Shown: positions 1-9,213 of the stretch, in pieces
Layout: each line of letters starts with the position of its first letter
Numbering within the stretch: position 1 is the stretch's first letter
Source: a virus
Lineage: Duplodnaviria; Caudoviricetes
Virus record (IMG/VR): IMGVR_UViG_3300044699_000154
Location: 1 to 60,944 of that record
Length of the DNA stretch: 60,944 nucleotides
Strand: one strand, 5' to 3'
Notes under the pieces: model-generated
What the model was told of the DNA's origin: nothing
What the model saw: only the letters and a program-made list of their open reading frames with translations
Database searches by the model: none
Translations under genes and position numbers: made by a program

Positions 1-593
1 CCGCGACCTGCCCGGACTGCCGGATCGTGAAAGCAATCCCGGCCCGAACATCCGGTGTGAGGCCCCGCCGGAGAGATCCGGGTCCGGCGGGGATACCACC
101 CGTGTCGGGCGGGACGGCGGGCCGCGTGTCCGGCTGCGGAGGCCGGCGGCACGTCCCGGTACGTCCCGGCGATCCCTTATCCCCATGTGCCGCCCCTGGC
201 GGGAAGCGTACGGCTGGTAGAGCCGGGCTCTTTTTCCCGTCCCGCGCTCCCGCGGCCGTCGGGCGGGACGGGTGTAGGCCGCCAGCCGCGGCCCGTGCCT
301 CACGCTACCACACGCCGAAACCCCCCGCACGCGGCGGGGATCGGGTGGGGCTGGGTTGGTCAGCCGGCCGCCTGGTCGCGGGCGGCCATGAGACGCTCCA
401 TCCGCGCCGCCGGGTCCAGCCACGCGCGGGCCATTACCGATCGACGCCTCGGCGTCCCTCGCCCACGTCGCGGCGACCTGGAGGTGGTCGGGTTGCAGCG
501 CCGGATCACGCTCCAAAGCCTTGAGCGCCTCCTCGACGCGACCGATGGCGATCAACAAGTTGGTGCGGATCCTGCTCGTCGGAACGCTCACCT

Positions 594-1083
594 CTAGATC
601 CCTTCTCCGCGGGTGGCCGTGAGCCGCTCGACGAGCGTCTCGCGCCCACGCGGGCGCGCTCTGGTCTTCCGCGACCACCAGCGCGTACGGCAGGTCGTCC
701 AGCTCGCAGGCGTCGCCGTCCTCGTCGTGCCAGCTGGCGGCCGGGTTGGGATGCCCGTGGTCGGGACGAACCAGAACCGGCCGAGGCGGCCGGTCTCGTG
801 CTCGACGGCGACGCCGTCCATGATCGCCGCGCGGATCGCGGCGGCGCGGTCGGCGTCGACCTGGTCGGCGACAGATGCGGACGCGCGCTCAAGGCCCGTG
901 GCACACCACTCGTGCACCGTGGAGCCGCGCGGCGTGGCCACGCCGGCGTCGTCCGGGCCGATGATCTGCGAGCATCGTCCGCAGGTCGGCCCGTCCTCGA
1001 TCGTCAGGCCGAATCGCGGGTGAACGCTGACCGTGTAGCCGGCCCGCTCGAGGGTTTCGACGGCTTCCGCGGTGGTTCGGCAT
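594..1083 (-). CDS. Hypothetical protein with CxxC...HxxC motif (5' end probably frameshifted)
   Basis: C-terminal part of ORF 594..1385 (AVETLERAGYTVSVHPRFG...CGRC...HEWC) reads as real protein. ATG at 1083 follows a GGAG-like RBS but is in another frame. Confidence 0.45.
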
Positions 1084-1140
1084 GGCGGTACTCCGATCGT
1101 GAGGTGGGGTGGTGATCGAACCGCTCGAGCGGGCGGCCGG

Positions 1141-1504
1141 TCAGGCGGCGGCTGGTAGGTGCGGGAGATGACCCAGCCTCGAGATCGCGACGGCGAGCAT
1201 GTGCTTGCAGGCGCCGTGCTCAGTCGCGCCCCGGCAGGTGCAGTCCAGGCCGTCGGTCTGGTAGGTGGTCGTAGGTCCCTGGCCACCCGGTAGAGGCGGA
1301 AGTGCTTGCTGGGGACGCGGGTGACCTTGCCCTCGCGGACGAGGCGGAACGCCTTGGCGGTCTGCTCGGGCGAGTAGTCGGCCAACTCCCGCGGACGATG
1401 CGGGCGCAGCCGGGGCCGTAGCCGACAGCGACGCTCTTGAGGTTGCGGAGAGGCCGACGGCAGCGCTTGCAGCGGGTGGGCTGGGTGCTGGTCTGGGCTG
1501 CCAT
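1141..1504 (-). CDS. DUF6011-like Zn-finger fused to SWIM-type Zn-finger (split by indels)
   Basis: RCKRCRRPLRNLKSVAVGYGPGCAR (DUF6011-like), then in other frames DYSPEQTAKAFRLV and CTCRGATEHGACKHMLAV (SWIM CxC...CxH). RBS GGAG before ATG 1504. Confidence 0.6.
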
Positions 1505-1560
1505 CTCGGTCTCCCCCTGCTGTCCCTCGGGGCGGTTCCCCTTGGGTGTGAGACAGATAC

Positions 1561-1613
1561 TACCTGAGTAGGTGACTTACCTGTCAAGGGGGTAGGGGGG
1601 TAGAGTAGTCGGC
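1561..1613. promoter_or_regulatory. Divergent promoter/operator region
   Basis: TTGACA on minus strand (1582-1587). TAGAGT -10 (1601-1606) lies 7 nt before ATG 1614, suggesting a leaderless transcript. TACCTG repeated at 1561 and 1578. Confidence 0.6.
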
Positions 1614-1838
1614 ATGGAAGAGGCCAAGCTGAAGCCCGGCGGCCCCCGCCTCATGGGCAACGCCGAGATCATCGCCATGTTCGGGCTGTCCACCGCCCGC
1701 GCTCACCAGCTCATGAGCGATGACACGTTCCCCCCGCCGATCGCCAAGTTGAAAGCCGGCAAGATCTGGCTCGCCGAAGACGTCGAGGCGTGGGAACGCG
1801 CCCGGCAGGCACGGATGAAAGAGAGGGCCGGACGATGA
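1614..1838 (+). CDS. AlpA-family helix-turn-helix regulator
   Basis: LMGNAEIIAMFGLSTARAHQLMSDDTFPPPIAKLKAGKIWLAEDVEAW is the AlpA/Xis-like signature (FPxP...W...V..W). Confidence 0.85.
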   Translation: MEEAKLKPGGPRLMGNAEIIAMFGLSTARAHQLMSDDTFPPPIAKLKAGKIWLAEDVEAWERARQARMKERAGR

Positions 1839-2030
1839 GTGAGATCGGGCAGGAGGAGCGGGCGCTGATGGCCCTGTGTCCCGAGTCCCCGAGGGGCAGC
1901 GCAGGCAGATCACGTCCGACTGGTTCGCGGACGGCTGCCCACCGGCGACACGCGACGCCCTGCGTACGATCGGCAAGGAGATCGGCCGGATCAGTGCCGG
2001 TGCCGCCGCATACGAACAAGGGAAGGCCCG

Positions 2031-2210
2031 GTGACCCTCGACGAGGCCCGCCGGAACGTCGGCCACGGCGTGGTCTACCGCGCCCCGCACGGGTCGACCG
2101 AACAGGGTGTGATCACCAGCGTGAACGACACGTACGTCTTCGTGCGGTTCGGCACGGACACGGGCAGCCAGGCCACGAGGCCCGAGCAGCTCAAGCTGCT
2201 CGCCACCTGA
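2031..2210 (+). CDS. Small phage hypothetical protein (59 aa, not in the ORF track)
   Basis: GTG start after GGAAGG. MTLDEARRNVGHGVVYRAPHGSTEQGVITSVNDTYVFVRFGTDTGSQATRPEQLKLLAT resembles a common actinophage small-protein family. Confidence 0.7.
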   Translation: MTLDEARRNVGHGVVYRAPHGSTEQGVITSVNDTYVFVRFGTDTGSQATRPEQLKLLAT

Positions 2211-2231
2211 ACGCCCCCGGATCACAAAAGA

Positions 2232-2255
2232 ACCCCGCCACAGGAGTGGCGGGGT
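2232..2255. terminator. Intrinsic terminator hairpin between convergent genes
   Basis: ACCCCGCCAC-agga-GTGGCGGGGT perfect 10-bp stem, preceded by an A-run (U-tract on minus strand). Confidence 0.75.
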
Positions 2256-2278
2256 CCTTGCGTTCGGGGTCGAGACGG

Positions 2279-2722
2279 TCAGGCGATGCAGACCTTCCGC
2301 AGGTCCCGGCGCACGCCCGTGGACGTCACGGGCAGCCACACCGTGTCGTCCTCGGGGTCGCGGATCTCGTCGGTGACGCCGTGGGGCGCTCCACCCCGGT
2401 CGATCCAGATCCAACCGCCGTCCGCGCCGTCGGCGGCGAGGGTCTGGGCGTGGGTGGCCGGGCCGATCGGGTTCATGTCGGCGTCGAACATGTTCATGGT
2501 GGCGCCATCGACCCCCTGCTCCGATGCGTAGTTGAGCTGGTCGGCGATCGCTTGCCAGTCGTCGGCGGTGGCGGGCATGCCCTCGTCGTCGGTGTCGATC
2601 TGGCTGGCGAGCGCGCCCAGGTCGTCCTGGGTGACGTCGGGCTGTCCGGAGCGTTCGATCCGGCCGCCCTCGGTCCACAGGCGCTTGATCTGGTCGACGG
2701 TGATGCGCGTGGTGGTGTTCAT
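2279..2722 (-). CDS. Acidic hypothetical protein
   Basis: ATG 2722 after GAGGAG. Protein-like composition (MNTTTRITVDQIKRLW...). Confidence 0.65.
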   Translation of the reverse strand: MNTTTRITVDQIKRLWTEGGRIERSGQPDVTQDDLGALASQIDTDDEGMPATADDWQAIADQLNYASEQGVDGATMNMFDADMNPIGPATHAQTLAADGADGGWIWIDRGGAPHGVTDEIRDPEDDTVWLPVTSTGVRRDLRKVCIA

Positions 2723-2787
2723 CTCGGTCTCCTCTCGTTCCCGGGCCGGCTGCCCGGGGCGTGAGACCACGGTAGCAGTCAACCCGC

Positions 2788-2822
2788 TAGACGTCTATAG
2801 GGTAGACGTGTAGAGTACGGCC
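2788..2822 (+). promoter_or_regulatory. Operator-like TAGACGT repeats and leaderless promoter
   Basis: TAGACGT at 2788 and 2803, palindrome TAGACGTCTA (2788-2797), TAGAGT -10 (2811-2816) 6 nt before ATG 2823. Confidence 0.6.
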
Positions 2823-3056
2823 ATGGCCACCACGACAGACACCCCGCAGACGCCCTGGCCGGGCTCCGGGAGATCCGGAGCCGAGTCGCCGATGCCACGG
2901 CGGAACTCGACGCCGCGCGCCAAGCCCGCACGGCCGAGATCCGGCGACTACGCCAGACCACGCCCACACACCGTGGACGAGATCGCCGCCGCCGCCGGAC
3001 TCTCACGGGCCCGCGTCAACGCCCTCGTCGAGGGCATCCGGAAGGGAGAGCGATGA
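2823..3056 (+). CDS. Small HTH DNA-binding protein (internal indels likely)
   Basis: C-terminal HTVDEIAAAAGLSRARVNALV is a helix-turn-helix. Confidence 0.7.
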   Translation: MATTTDTPQTPWPGSGRSGAESPMPRRNSTPRAKPARPRSGDYARPRPHTVDEIAAAAGLSRARVNALVEGIRKGER

Positions 3057-3457
3057 GCGTCCCCACCGCCGCCCACAAGGCGGCACACGGAGAGGTCCCC
3101 CGCCCGGCGGACTACCGCATGCGTGACGAGAAGCACGTCGGCCGCGGCGTCCACGCCGTCCAGGCGTGGCTGAAGCGGGAGGCCGAAGCCGGCCACCCCG
3201 AAGCGCTGACCGACCACATGTACCTCTGGACCGCCCCACGCTCCTGCGGCGCCCGCGTGGAACACGTCCGCGCGGAACTCGCCGACGCAATCGAGCGGCT
3301 GATCCCGCAGTTGCGGACCCTGCGTCGCGTCTGCGGTCTGCGCGGCGTGTCGGAGGAATCGGAGAAAACAATCATGGACAGCCGGGCGGACGTCTGGGCC
3401 GCCTGGATCTGGCAGGACGAGGCCGCCTACCAGCGGCTGGCCGCATACCCCCTCTAG
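3053..3457 (+). CDS. Hypothetical protein
   Basis: ATGA overlap with upstream gene; protein-like composition. Confidence 0.6.
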   Translation: MSVPTAAHKAAHGEVPRPADYRMRDEKHVGRGVHAVQAWLKREAEAGHPEALTDHMYLWTAPRSCGARVEHVRAELADAIERLIPQLRTLRRVCGLRGVSEESEKTIMDSRADVWAAWIWQDEAAYQRLAAYPL

Positions 3458-3890
3458 CCCGGATGTCCGTCAGTACCAGTAGACCCCCGGCACGCCGGGT
3501 CTCATCGCCCCTGAGAGGGAAAGCCCGCCGGACGGGCGGGGAACAGCGAACCCCGAGGAGGGGAAATGGCAAAGCAAAAGCAGGCGACATTCGCGCAGGT
3601 TGAAAACGTGCGACTTGCGCTGGTGGCCCGCATGAACAGGGGAGACGGCACCTGCCCGGGTGGGGGCATCTTTACGTGGGCGGGGTCCCCGTCCTCGCCA
3701 AGATCTCCGCCGCTGGACTCTCGGAAGAACAGGCGGAAAAAATAATAATGCAGGCTTAAGTTCAACCCCGTCCCGCAGCACAAGACCGGCCATGACAACG
3801 ACGCCCCCCCACCCGCGAGGGTGAGGGGGCATCGCCGCGCCAAAGAACGTGACCACTCGTTACCCGTGCGGCTGCATGGGCACAGGCAGG

Positions 3891-4802
3891 CTACCCGCCG
3901 GCCGCCGCACGGCGCAGCTCGACCGCCCGCGCGGACCACACGCCGGCCAGGTGATCGCATAGAACCGGGTCGGTCACCGTGTCCGCAGCCGCCGCGGTGT
4001 CGTCCTCGGCTGCGGCCATCACCACGTTGCGGATCACGTTGATCTGCTGCCGTGCCAGGCTCACCGCCTCGCCGACCATCCCGACCTGGTTGCGCAGGCC
4101 CATCGGGTCGGTGACCACGCGGGCGAAAACCCCGTCGATGATGTCCCGCTTGTCCTGCTCGTTCACGTCGTCTCCCTCGTCCGCACCGGCGCCGACGTAC
4201 AGCCGGGCCATCCTCAACAGCACGTCGATCGGGAAAGCCCCCGGATCTCCATGAGCGTTTTCAGCCGCGTGCTCATGACCGCACACTCCGCCGTAGGCCA
4301 CCCCACGCCGGCCCGGACAGCCGCTGCCCCGCACCCACCCCGTAAGACGCCGGATAGGCCACCCACCGCACCCCGGACGCCAGCGGCACCCCCCGCACCC
4401 GGTGCTCCCAGGCGAGCAGCCGGCCAACTCGGCGAGGGCTTCGGACGGCAGCGAGGCGATCTCCCCTGCCTTCCACGCGATCTCCACCTGGGAGACGTTC
4501 GCCCGGTTCGTCTCCACCCCGCCGGTCCGGTTCTCCAGCGCCTGCGCCGACCGGCCCGCCGGGATGTGATTGAAGATCCGCCACGGGCCGTCGCGACCAT
4601 GACGGGCCAGGGTGTAGTTCGGCCAGAACGTGTGGCCGTAGTACCGGCGCGCGGCACCCCGGCGGGTGTCCGGGGTGTACACACCCAACCCGCCCTCCGT
4701 GGTGTGCAGCACGACCTTCGGGGCGTACCCCGGCGCGTGCGTCCCCCACAGCCCCTCCGGCGCCCGGTCGTCGACCCCGCCCGGGTACCAGGACTCAGCC
4801 AC
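3891..4802 (-). CDS. Endolysin, N-acetylmuramoyl-L-alanine amidase (Amidase_2-like), local frameshift near 4300-4430
   Basis: KVVLHTTEG, ALENRTGGVETNRANVSQVEIA and GVCGHEHAAENAHGDPG Zn-amidase motifs; located after tail genes. Confidence 0.85.
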   Translation of the reverse strand: MAESWYPGGVDDRAPEGLWGTHAPGYAPKVVLHTTEGGLGVYTPDTRRGAARRYYGHTFWPNYTLARHGRDGPWRIFNHIPAGRSAQALENRTGGVETNRANVSQVEIAWKAGEIASLPSEALAELAGCSPGSTGCGGCRWRPGCGGWPIRRLTGWVRGSGCPGRRGVAYGGVCGHEHAAENAHGDPGAFPIDVLLRMARLYVGAGADEGDDVNEQDKRDIIDGVFARVVTDPMGLRNQVGMVGEAVSLARQQINVIRNVVMAAAEDDTAAAADTVTDPVLCDHLAGVWSARAVELRRAAAGG

Positions 4803-5391
4803 GCTCGCACCTCCGATGCTGCGGCCCGTAGCCGCCGTCGTGGACCCTGCCCCGCACCCGGCGCCAGCACCAGCCGCACTGCGGCGCCCGGGAACCGGCC
4901 GGACGCCGCAGCCACCACACCCTCAGCCGCTCAACCATGCCGCACCCCCGCCCGCCGCCCGTACTCGGCCGGGCCGACCGACGCCAGCTCCCGCTCCCCC
5001 GACCGCAGCACGATCCGCAGTCTCGTCGCCCGTGCCCGTCTCCCACTGGCGGGAGCACAGTTCCCATGCCCGCGCCAGGCTCAGCCCGGAGTGGACGTGG
5101 GCGTGCCCCGCCCAGATCTGGCAGTCCCCGCGGCGGCGCAGGAGCCACGCCAGGCCCAGCGCGGCGGCCACCGCCCAGCCGGCCCGGCTCATCAGAGAAC
5201 CTCTCCCGTCGCCCGGTCCACGGCGAGCACGCCCGGCAGACCGACGAGCGCGGCCACCTGCCCGACGGCCGCAGTCCGGGTCAGCCGGGCGCGCACCCGC
5301 ACCCCGCCCGCGCGCACCTCCCACGTCCGCGCCGGACGCAGCAGGTGCCAAAACGCGACCAGTGAGGCGACGGCGAGCAGGGACGCGAAGG

Positions 5392-6456
5392 TCACGACGA
5401 CCGCCACAGCCGCAGGTACTCCACCGCCGCCTGCGGATTCTGCCCGTTCATGACCCCCATGCGCTGGGCGGTGTCCTCATAGTAGATCTCCCCGCCCATC
5501 ACACCCTTGGCCTGGGCGTAGGCGAATTCCTCGAACATGTTCGCCACGAAGGCGGGATTGTCACCGCCGTGGTTTCCCTCGGCGACGTTTCCGCTGTTGC
5601 ACGCCCATTCTGCACACAGGAACCGTTTGCCCTCGGCTACGGCGAAGTCGACGTACCAGCGGATGCCGTTGACCTCGCCGGACTCGGCGCCAAAATCTTT
5701 ACGCCGTGGGCTGGTCGACGTCCCGCCGAACGACGGCGGGTAGTGGTCGTAGTAGTCGAGCCCTATGTAGTCGACGTAGTCCCGGCCCGGGTAGATGTTG
5801 CGCGGGTCGTTCGCGGGGAAGACCCCGGCGGGGAACCCGGGGCAGTCGTGGCCGTTCATCGTCCACGCGAAGAGGGCTTCGGGGTAGGTCTCCCGGACGG
5901 CCTTCACGAATCGGCGGAACACGCCGATGTATTCGGCGTAGGTCCGGAACTTCTGCCCGCTGCTCGACGGGCCGCCCCAGTAATGCATGTTCGCGTGGTT
6001 CGGTTCCCACCCGGGGGAGAAGACCGCGTCAATGTAACCGGCGTCCTTCCGCGCTTTCCAGTTCTTGCCCAGCTGTCGCCAGTTGCCGTAGACCGCGTCC
6101 GAGGTGAGCATGGTGGCGTACGTCTCGCCACCCTGCGGCATGAACGGCATCTGGACGACCAGCCTGACAGTTTTGTCCGTCCAGTAGGCAGGTGCCGACA
6201 ACAGAGGTCCCCACCCGTTGGTCCGGGTGGGGTAGTGCAGGGCGAGCGTGCACTTCCGCCCACGCCACCGGCCGAACTCCTCGGCGCCGGTCTGGCTGTT
6301 GTTGTTCGGGTTCCCACCCGACAGCCAGAAGTCGGACGGCGCCGGCTGCGGGGTCGGGGTGTGTTGAGGCTGGGGTGCGGGCAGCCTCGCCTCGAGCGCC
6401 GCGACGCGGCCCGCCAGCGCCTCGTGCTCCGCCCGCGTGGGCACCTCCACGGACAC
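5392..6456 (-). CDS. Glycoside hydrolase, GH26-like (clan GH-A), with short N-terminal coiled coil
   Basis: GWEPN acid/base motif, YPGRDYVDYIGLDYYD, FAVAEGKRFLCAEWA nucleophile region, GGDNPAFV. Start VSVEVPTRAEHEALAGRVAALEARL. Confidence 0.8.
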   Translation of the reverse strand: MSVEVPTRAEHEALAGRVAALEARLPAPQPQHTPTPQPAPSDFWLSGGNPNNNSQTGAEEFGRWRGRKCTLALHYPTRTNGWGPLLSAPAYWTDKTVRLVVQMPFMPQGGETYATMLTSDAVYGNWRQLGKNWKARKDAGYIDAVFSPGWEPNHANMHYWGGPSSSGQKFRTYAEYIGVFRRFVKAVRETYPEALFAWTMNGHDCPGFPAGVFPANDPRNIYPGRDYVDYIGLDYYDHYPPSFGGTSTSPRRKDFGAESGEVNGIRWYVDFAVAEGKRFLCAEWACNSGNVAEGNHGGDNPAFVANMFEEFAYAQAKGVMGGEIYYEDTAQRMGVMNGQNPQAAVEYLRLWRSS

Positions 6457-6607
6457 CTCAGCACCTCCCGCACGTGCACGTCGGCGACAGGCTCTCCTGC
6501 CCCGCGACCCCGAGCCACCGGTCCTGCCGGTCGGCGCCGGCCAGAGGGCAGCGACGGCGCTCCAGCCACCGGCGCACGAACGCGGCGACACGAGGCATGC
6601 GGTCATC

Positions 6608-6704
6608 ATCCCCCACCGGAAGGCGGAAACAGGCGGCGGGAACGAGAGGATCCCCCACCCGGGGACGTGGGAGGCGGCGAGGAGGGTCAGCATCCCCCAC
6701 CCGG
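6608..6704. repeat. Degenerate 42-bp-period tandem repeat
   Basis: ATCCCCCACC at 6608, 6650 and 6692; encodes [G/R]WG every 14 aa on the minus strand. Confidence 0.7.
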
Positions 6705-6713
6705 CCGGCATGC

Positions 6714-7324
6714 CTACCTGGCCAGGACCACGACGAGCAGCCCGATCACGGTCAGCACGACCGCGAAGACGGCGACGGCTTGGCCGGCGTCGAGGCGCCG
6801 CTCGGTACGGGTGCCGGCCGCGCCGGCCACACCGCCTTCACTCCGGTCGAGACGCGCCTTGACGTCGGCGATCTTCTCGTCGAGCGCCTTGTTGCTGGCG
6901 ATCATCTGGGCGAGCATCGCGTCGATCTGCTTCTGCGTTGCCGCCTCAGACTTGCCGATGGCCAACGTGTTGGCCTTGTTCTGCTCGGAGACAGCCTCCT
7001 TGGCGGCGGCGAGGGCGGCGTCCAGGGAGATGCGGCTCTCCTGCGCCGCCTGCTCGGTCCGGGTGTCGCGTTCGAGGAATCTGGTGTTGACGGCCTCGAA
7101 CCGTTCCACGCTGACGGCGACGGTCGTACGGATCTCACCTTGGAGGAACTCGCGGAGCCCCGTCACCTGCCGGTCGGTGGCCTCGAGGCGCAGGACGACG
7201 GCTTGTCCATGGCGTTGAGCCTGGTCTCGAGCAGTTCGCGCAGCGACGCCATCTCGCGGCGGTACTGTTCGGTCGCGGCCTGCACCGCGTCCGTCGTGAG
7301 TTTGGTCGGGTCCGGTACCGGCAT
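6714..7324 (-). CDS. Coiled-coil protein with C-terminal transmembrane helix (lysis region, one indel)
   Basis: MPVPDPTKLTTDAV... continues in another frame as AVVLRLEATDRQ...AVAVFAVVLTVIGLLVVVLAR. Confidence 0.65.
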
Positions 7325-7426
7325 CAGGCTGCCTGCGGCGTCCCCGCGGTAGAGCCGGCCGCCGGCTTGGGTCTCCGCGTCGCCGGTCACCAGGCCACCT
7401 CCCACCGGTCCACGGGGTCCAGTCTG

Positions 7427-8101
7427 TCAGGGATTGACCACCCCCTCGTCGGTGACCTTGATGAAGCACCTGTCGCCGGACGCGGCGAGGATCCGGTGCG
7501 AGCCGCCCCCGGCCAGATTGCTCCCCGTCAGATCCACGGTGTGGGAACCTGTGGACGCGTCGTCGATCTCCGTGACGTAGGTGAAACAATCCGGCGCCAG
7601 GCCGTCGATCGCGGACGTGGTCACGAACGAATGGGCGCTCTTGGCCGTGCTCGCGATCCTGTGCCGCATCACCACGAAGTCTCCGGCCGTGTTCGCCGCG
7701 CCGGCGTTGCCGACGTGACACGACGACGTGATCGTGTACGCCCGTCCGGCGACCATCGGCACGCCGGACAGCGTCTGCACGACCACCTGGGTCGTGGAGT
7801 TCCACGGCGAGGAGTTCACCGTGTTGTACCCGCGCTTGACGATTCCGCGGGGCGCCCGCTCGTCGCCGACCGCCCCGACCACCACCGGAGCGCCACCGCC
7901 GACGAGGATCAGCACCCGGTCCCCGACCAGCGGATCCGAGTAGGACGACAGGACGGGCAGGGCACCCCCGGGCACACCGCCGACGGTGACGGACACGGTG
8001 CCGGCGGCGGCGTCGACCGAGGCGACGACGCCGTACCGGATGTTCAACGGCGTCGCCCCGGGTCTCACCGCCCGAGCCAGTGCCAACGCGGCGGCCGTCA
8101 C
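7427..8101 (-). CDS. Minor tail protein
   Basis: YGVVASVD...SYSDPLVGDRVLIL N-terminus typical of the actinophage tail-tip gene that follows the baseplate-hub gene. Confidence 0.7.
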   Translation of the reverse strand: MTAAALALARAVRPGATPLNIRYGVVASVDAAAGTVSVTVGGVPGGALPVLSSYSDPLVGDRVLILVGGGAPVVVGAVGDERAPRGIVKRGYNTVNSSPWNSTTQVVVQTLSGVPMVAGRAYTITSSCHVGNAGAANTAGDFVVMRHRIASTAKSAHSFVTTSAIDGLAPDCFTYVTEIDDASTGSHTVDLTGSNLAGGGSHRILAASGDRCFIKVTDEGVVNP

Positions 8102-9213
8102 GGAACGCTCCTCCTCGCCCGGCAGGTGAGCACCATCGAACCCTCGCAACCGATCGGCAGCGAGAACGACTCGACCGTCAGCAGGTCGTCGAAGCCGGAC
8201 CGCTCGCGCACCAGGTGCACGACGTCCCCCTCGTCCAGCGCCGGATGCGGCACCGCGGTGATCGTCACGGTTTCGGTGGCGCCGGCCAGCCGCCGCAGCT
8301 CCGCCTTGGCCACCGCCGCCGCCTGCGCCGACGTGGTGACCAGCGGAGACGAGATCGGCACCGGGCGGTGACCGAACGGCCCGTCCCAGAACGCCGCCGA
8401 CTCCGGGTCCAGGTCGCGCGCCTCACCGCGCACAGGATCGTTCTCGGCGGACTCTCCCGTCACGACGACGGCGTTCCCGGTGCCCGGGCCGGCGGCGTAG
8501 GACCGGGTCAGAGCGGTCGCCGTGCACGTCGGACCCTCGACGAAACGCCAGGCCACCTGCTCGGTACCCGGGTCGGGCACATCCCTTATGATCAGTTCGC
8601 CGTCGCGGTGGAACCAGGCCTCGGCGCCGGCCGCGCGGGCCATCTCGAGCACGCCGTCCGCCCAGGCGTCGGCGTCCTCCTCGAGCACGTGGACGGGAGT
8701 GCTGTCTGCGGATGCGGTGGCGACCACGGTCGGAGTGCCGGGGAGCTGCGCATCGACGATCCCGGCGATCGCGGACACCAGGGACGTGCCGGACGGGGTG
8801 ACCAGCGGGTTGAGCAGCGGGAACGACACGTACGCCGACCGGTCGACGCCTTCGATCTTCAGTTCGAGCTGGCCGGCGGTGTCCGTCAGGTCGGACCCCG
8901 TGATCAGATACACGCCCTGCGGCACCAGCTCCACGCCGTCCGGGTAGGTGATCCCGGCGCGCAACACCAGCTCGTTGCCGTAGACGTCCAGCGGCGAGCG
9001 GACCCGCCCGGAGGGGATCAGGCTGGCGGGCAGGCCCACGACGGTGGCGCTGCACGTACGGCGGACGTCGGCACCCCGGTCGACCCGCACCTCGCCGCCG
9101 ACCACCTGTAGGTCGGTGGCGACGGTCACCCCGCCGCGGCGTATCTCGGCGGTCGCGGCGACCTGGTACGGGTTGGCCACGGCGGAGAGGAAACGAGCGG
9201 ACGCGGGGTACAT
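8098..9213 (-). CDS. Minor tail / baseplate hub protein (DUF5047-like)
   Basis: MYPASARFLSAV...GGEVRVDRGADVRRTC...YGNELVLRAGI...VPHPALDEGDVV. Confidence 0.8.
   Translation of the reverse strand: MYPASARFLSAVANPYQVAATAEIRRGGVTVATDLQVVGGEVRVDRGADVRRTCSATVVGLPASLIPSGRVRSPLDVYGNELVLRAGITYPDGVELVPQGVYLITGSDLTDTAGQLELKIEGVDRSAYVSFPLLNPLVTPSGTSLVSAIAGIVDAQLPGTPTVVATASADSTPVHVLEEDADAWADGVLEMARAAGAEAWFHRDGELIIRDVPDPGTEQVAWRFVEGPTCTATALTRSYAAGPGTGNAVVVTGESAENDPVRGEARDLDPESAAFWDGPFGHRPVPISSPLVTTSAQAAAVAKAELRRLAGATETVTITAVPHPALDEGDVVHLVRERSGFDDLLTVESFSLPIGCEGSMVLTCRARRSVP

Noticed and set aside
3460-3760. Hammerhead ribozyme or glycine riboswitch (CTGAGAG...GAAA; CTCTCAGG on minus strand)
   Set aside because: Only partial motifs, and the required stems could not be built. 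The downstream part is better explained as a small frameshifted ORF starting at ATG 3566 after GAGGAGG.
6608-6704. Mini CRISPR array
   Set aside because: The conserved unit is only ~10 bp, with three copies, partly similar spacers and no cas genes.
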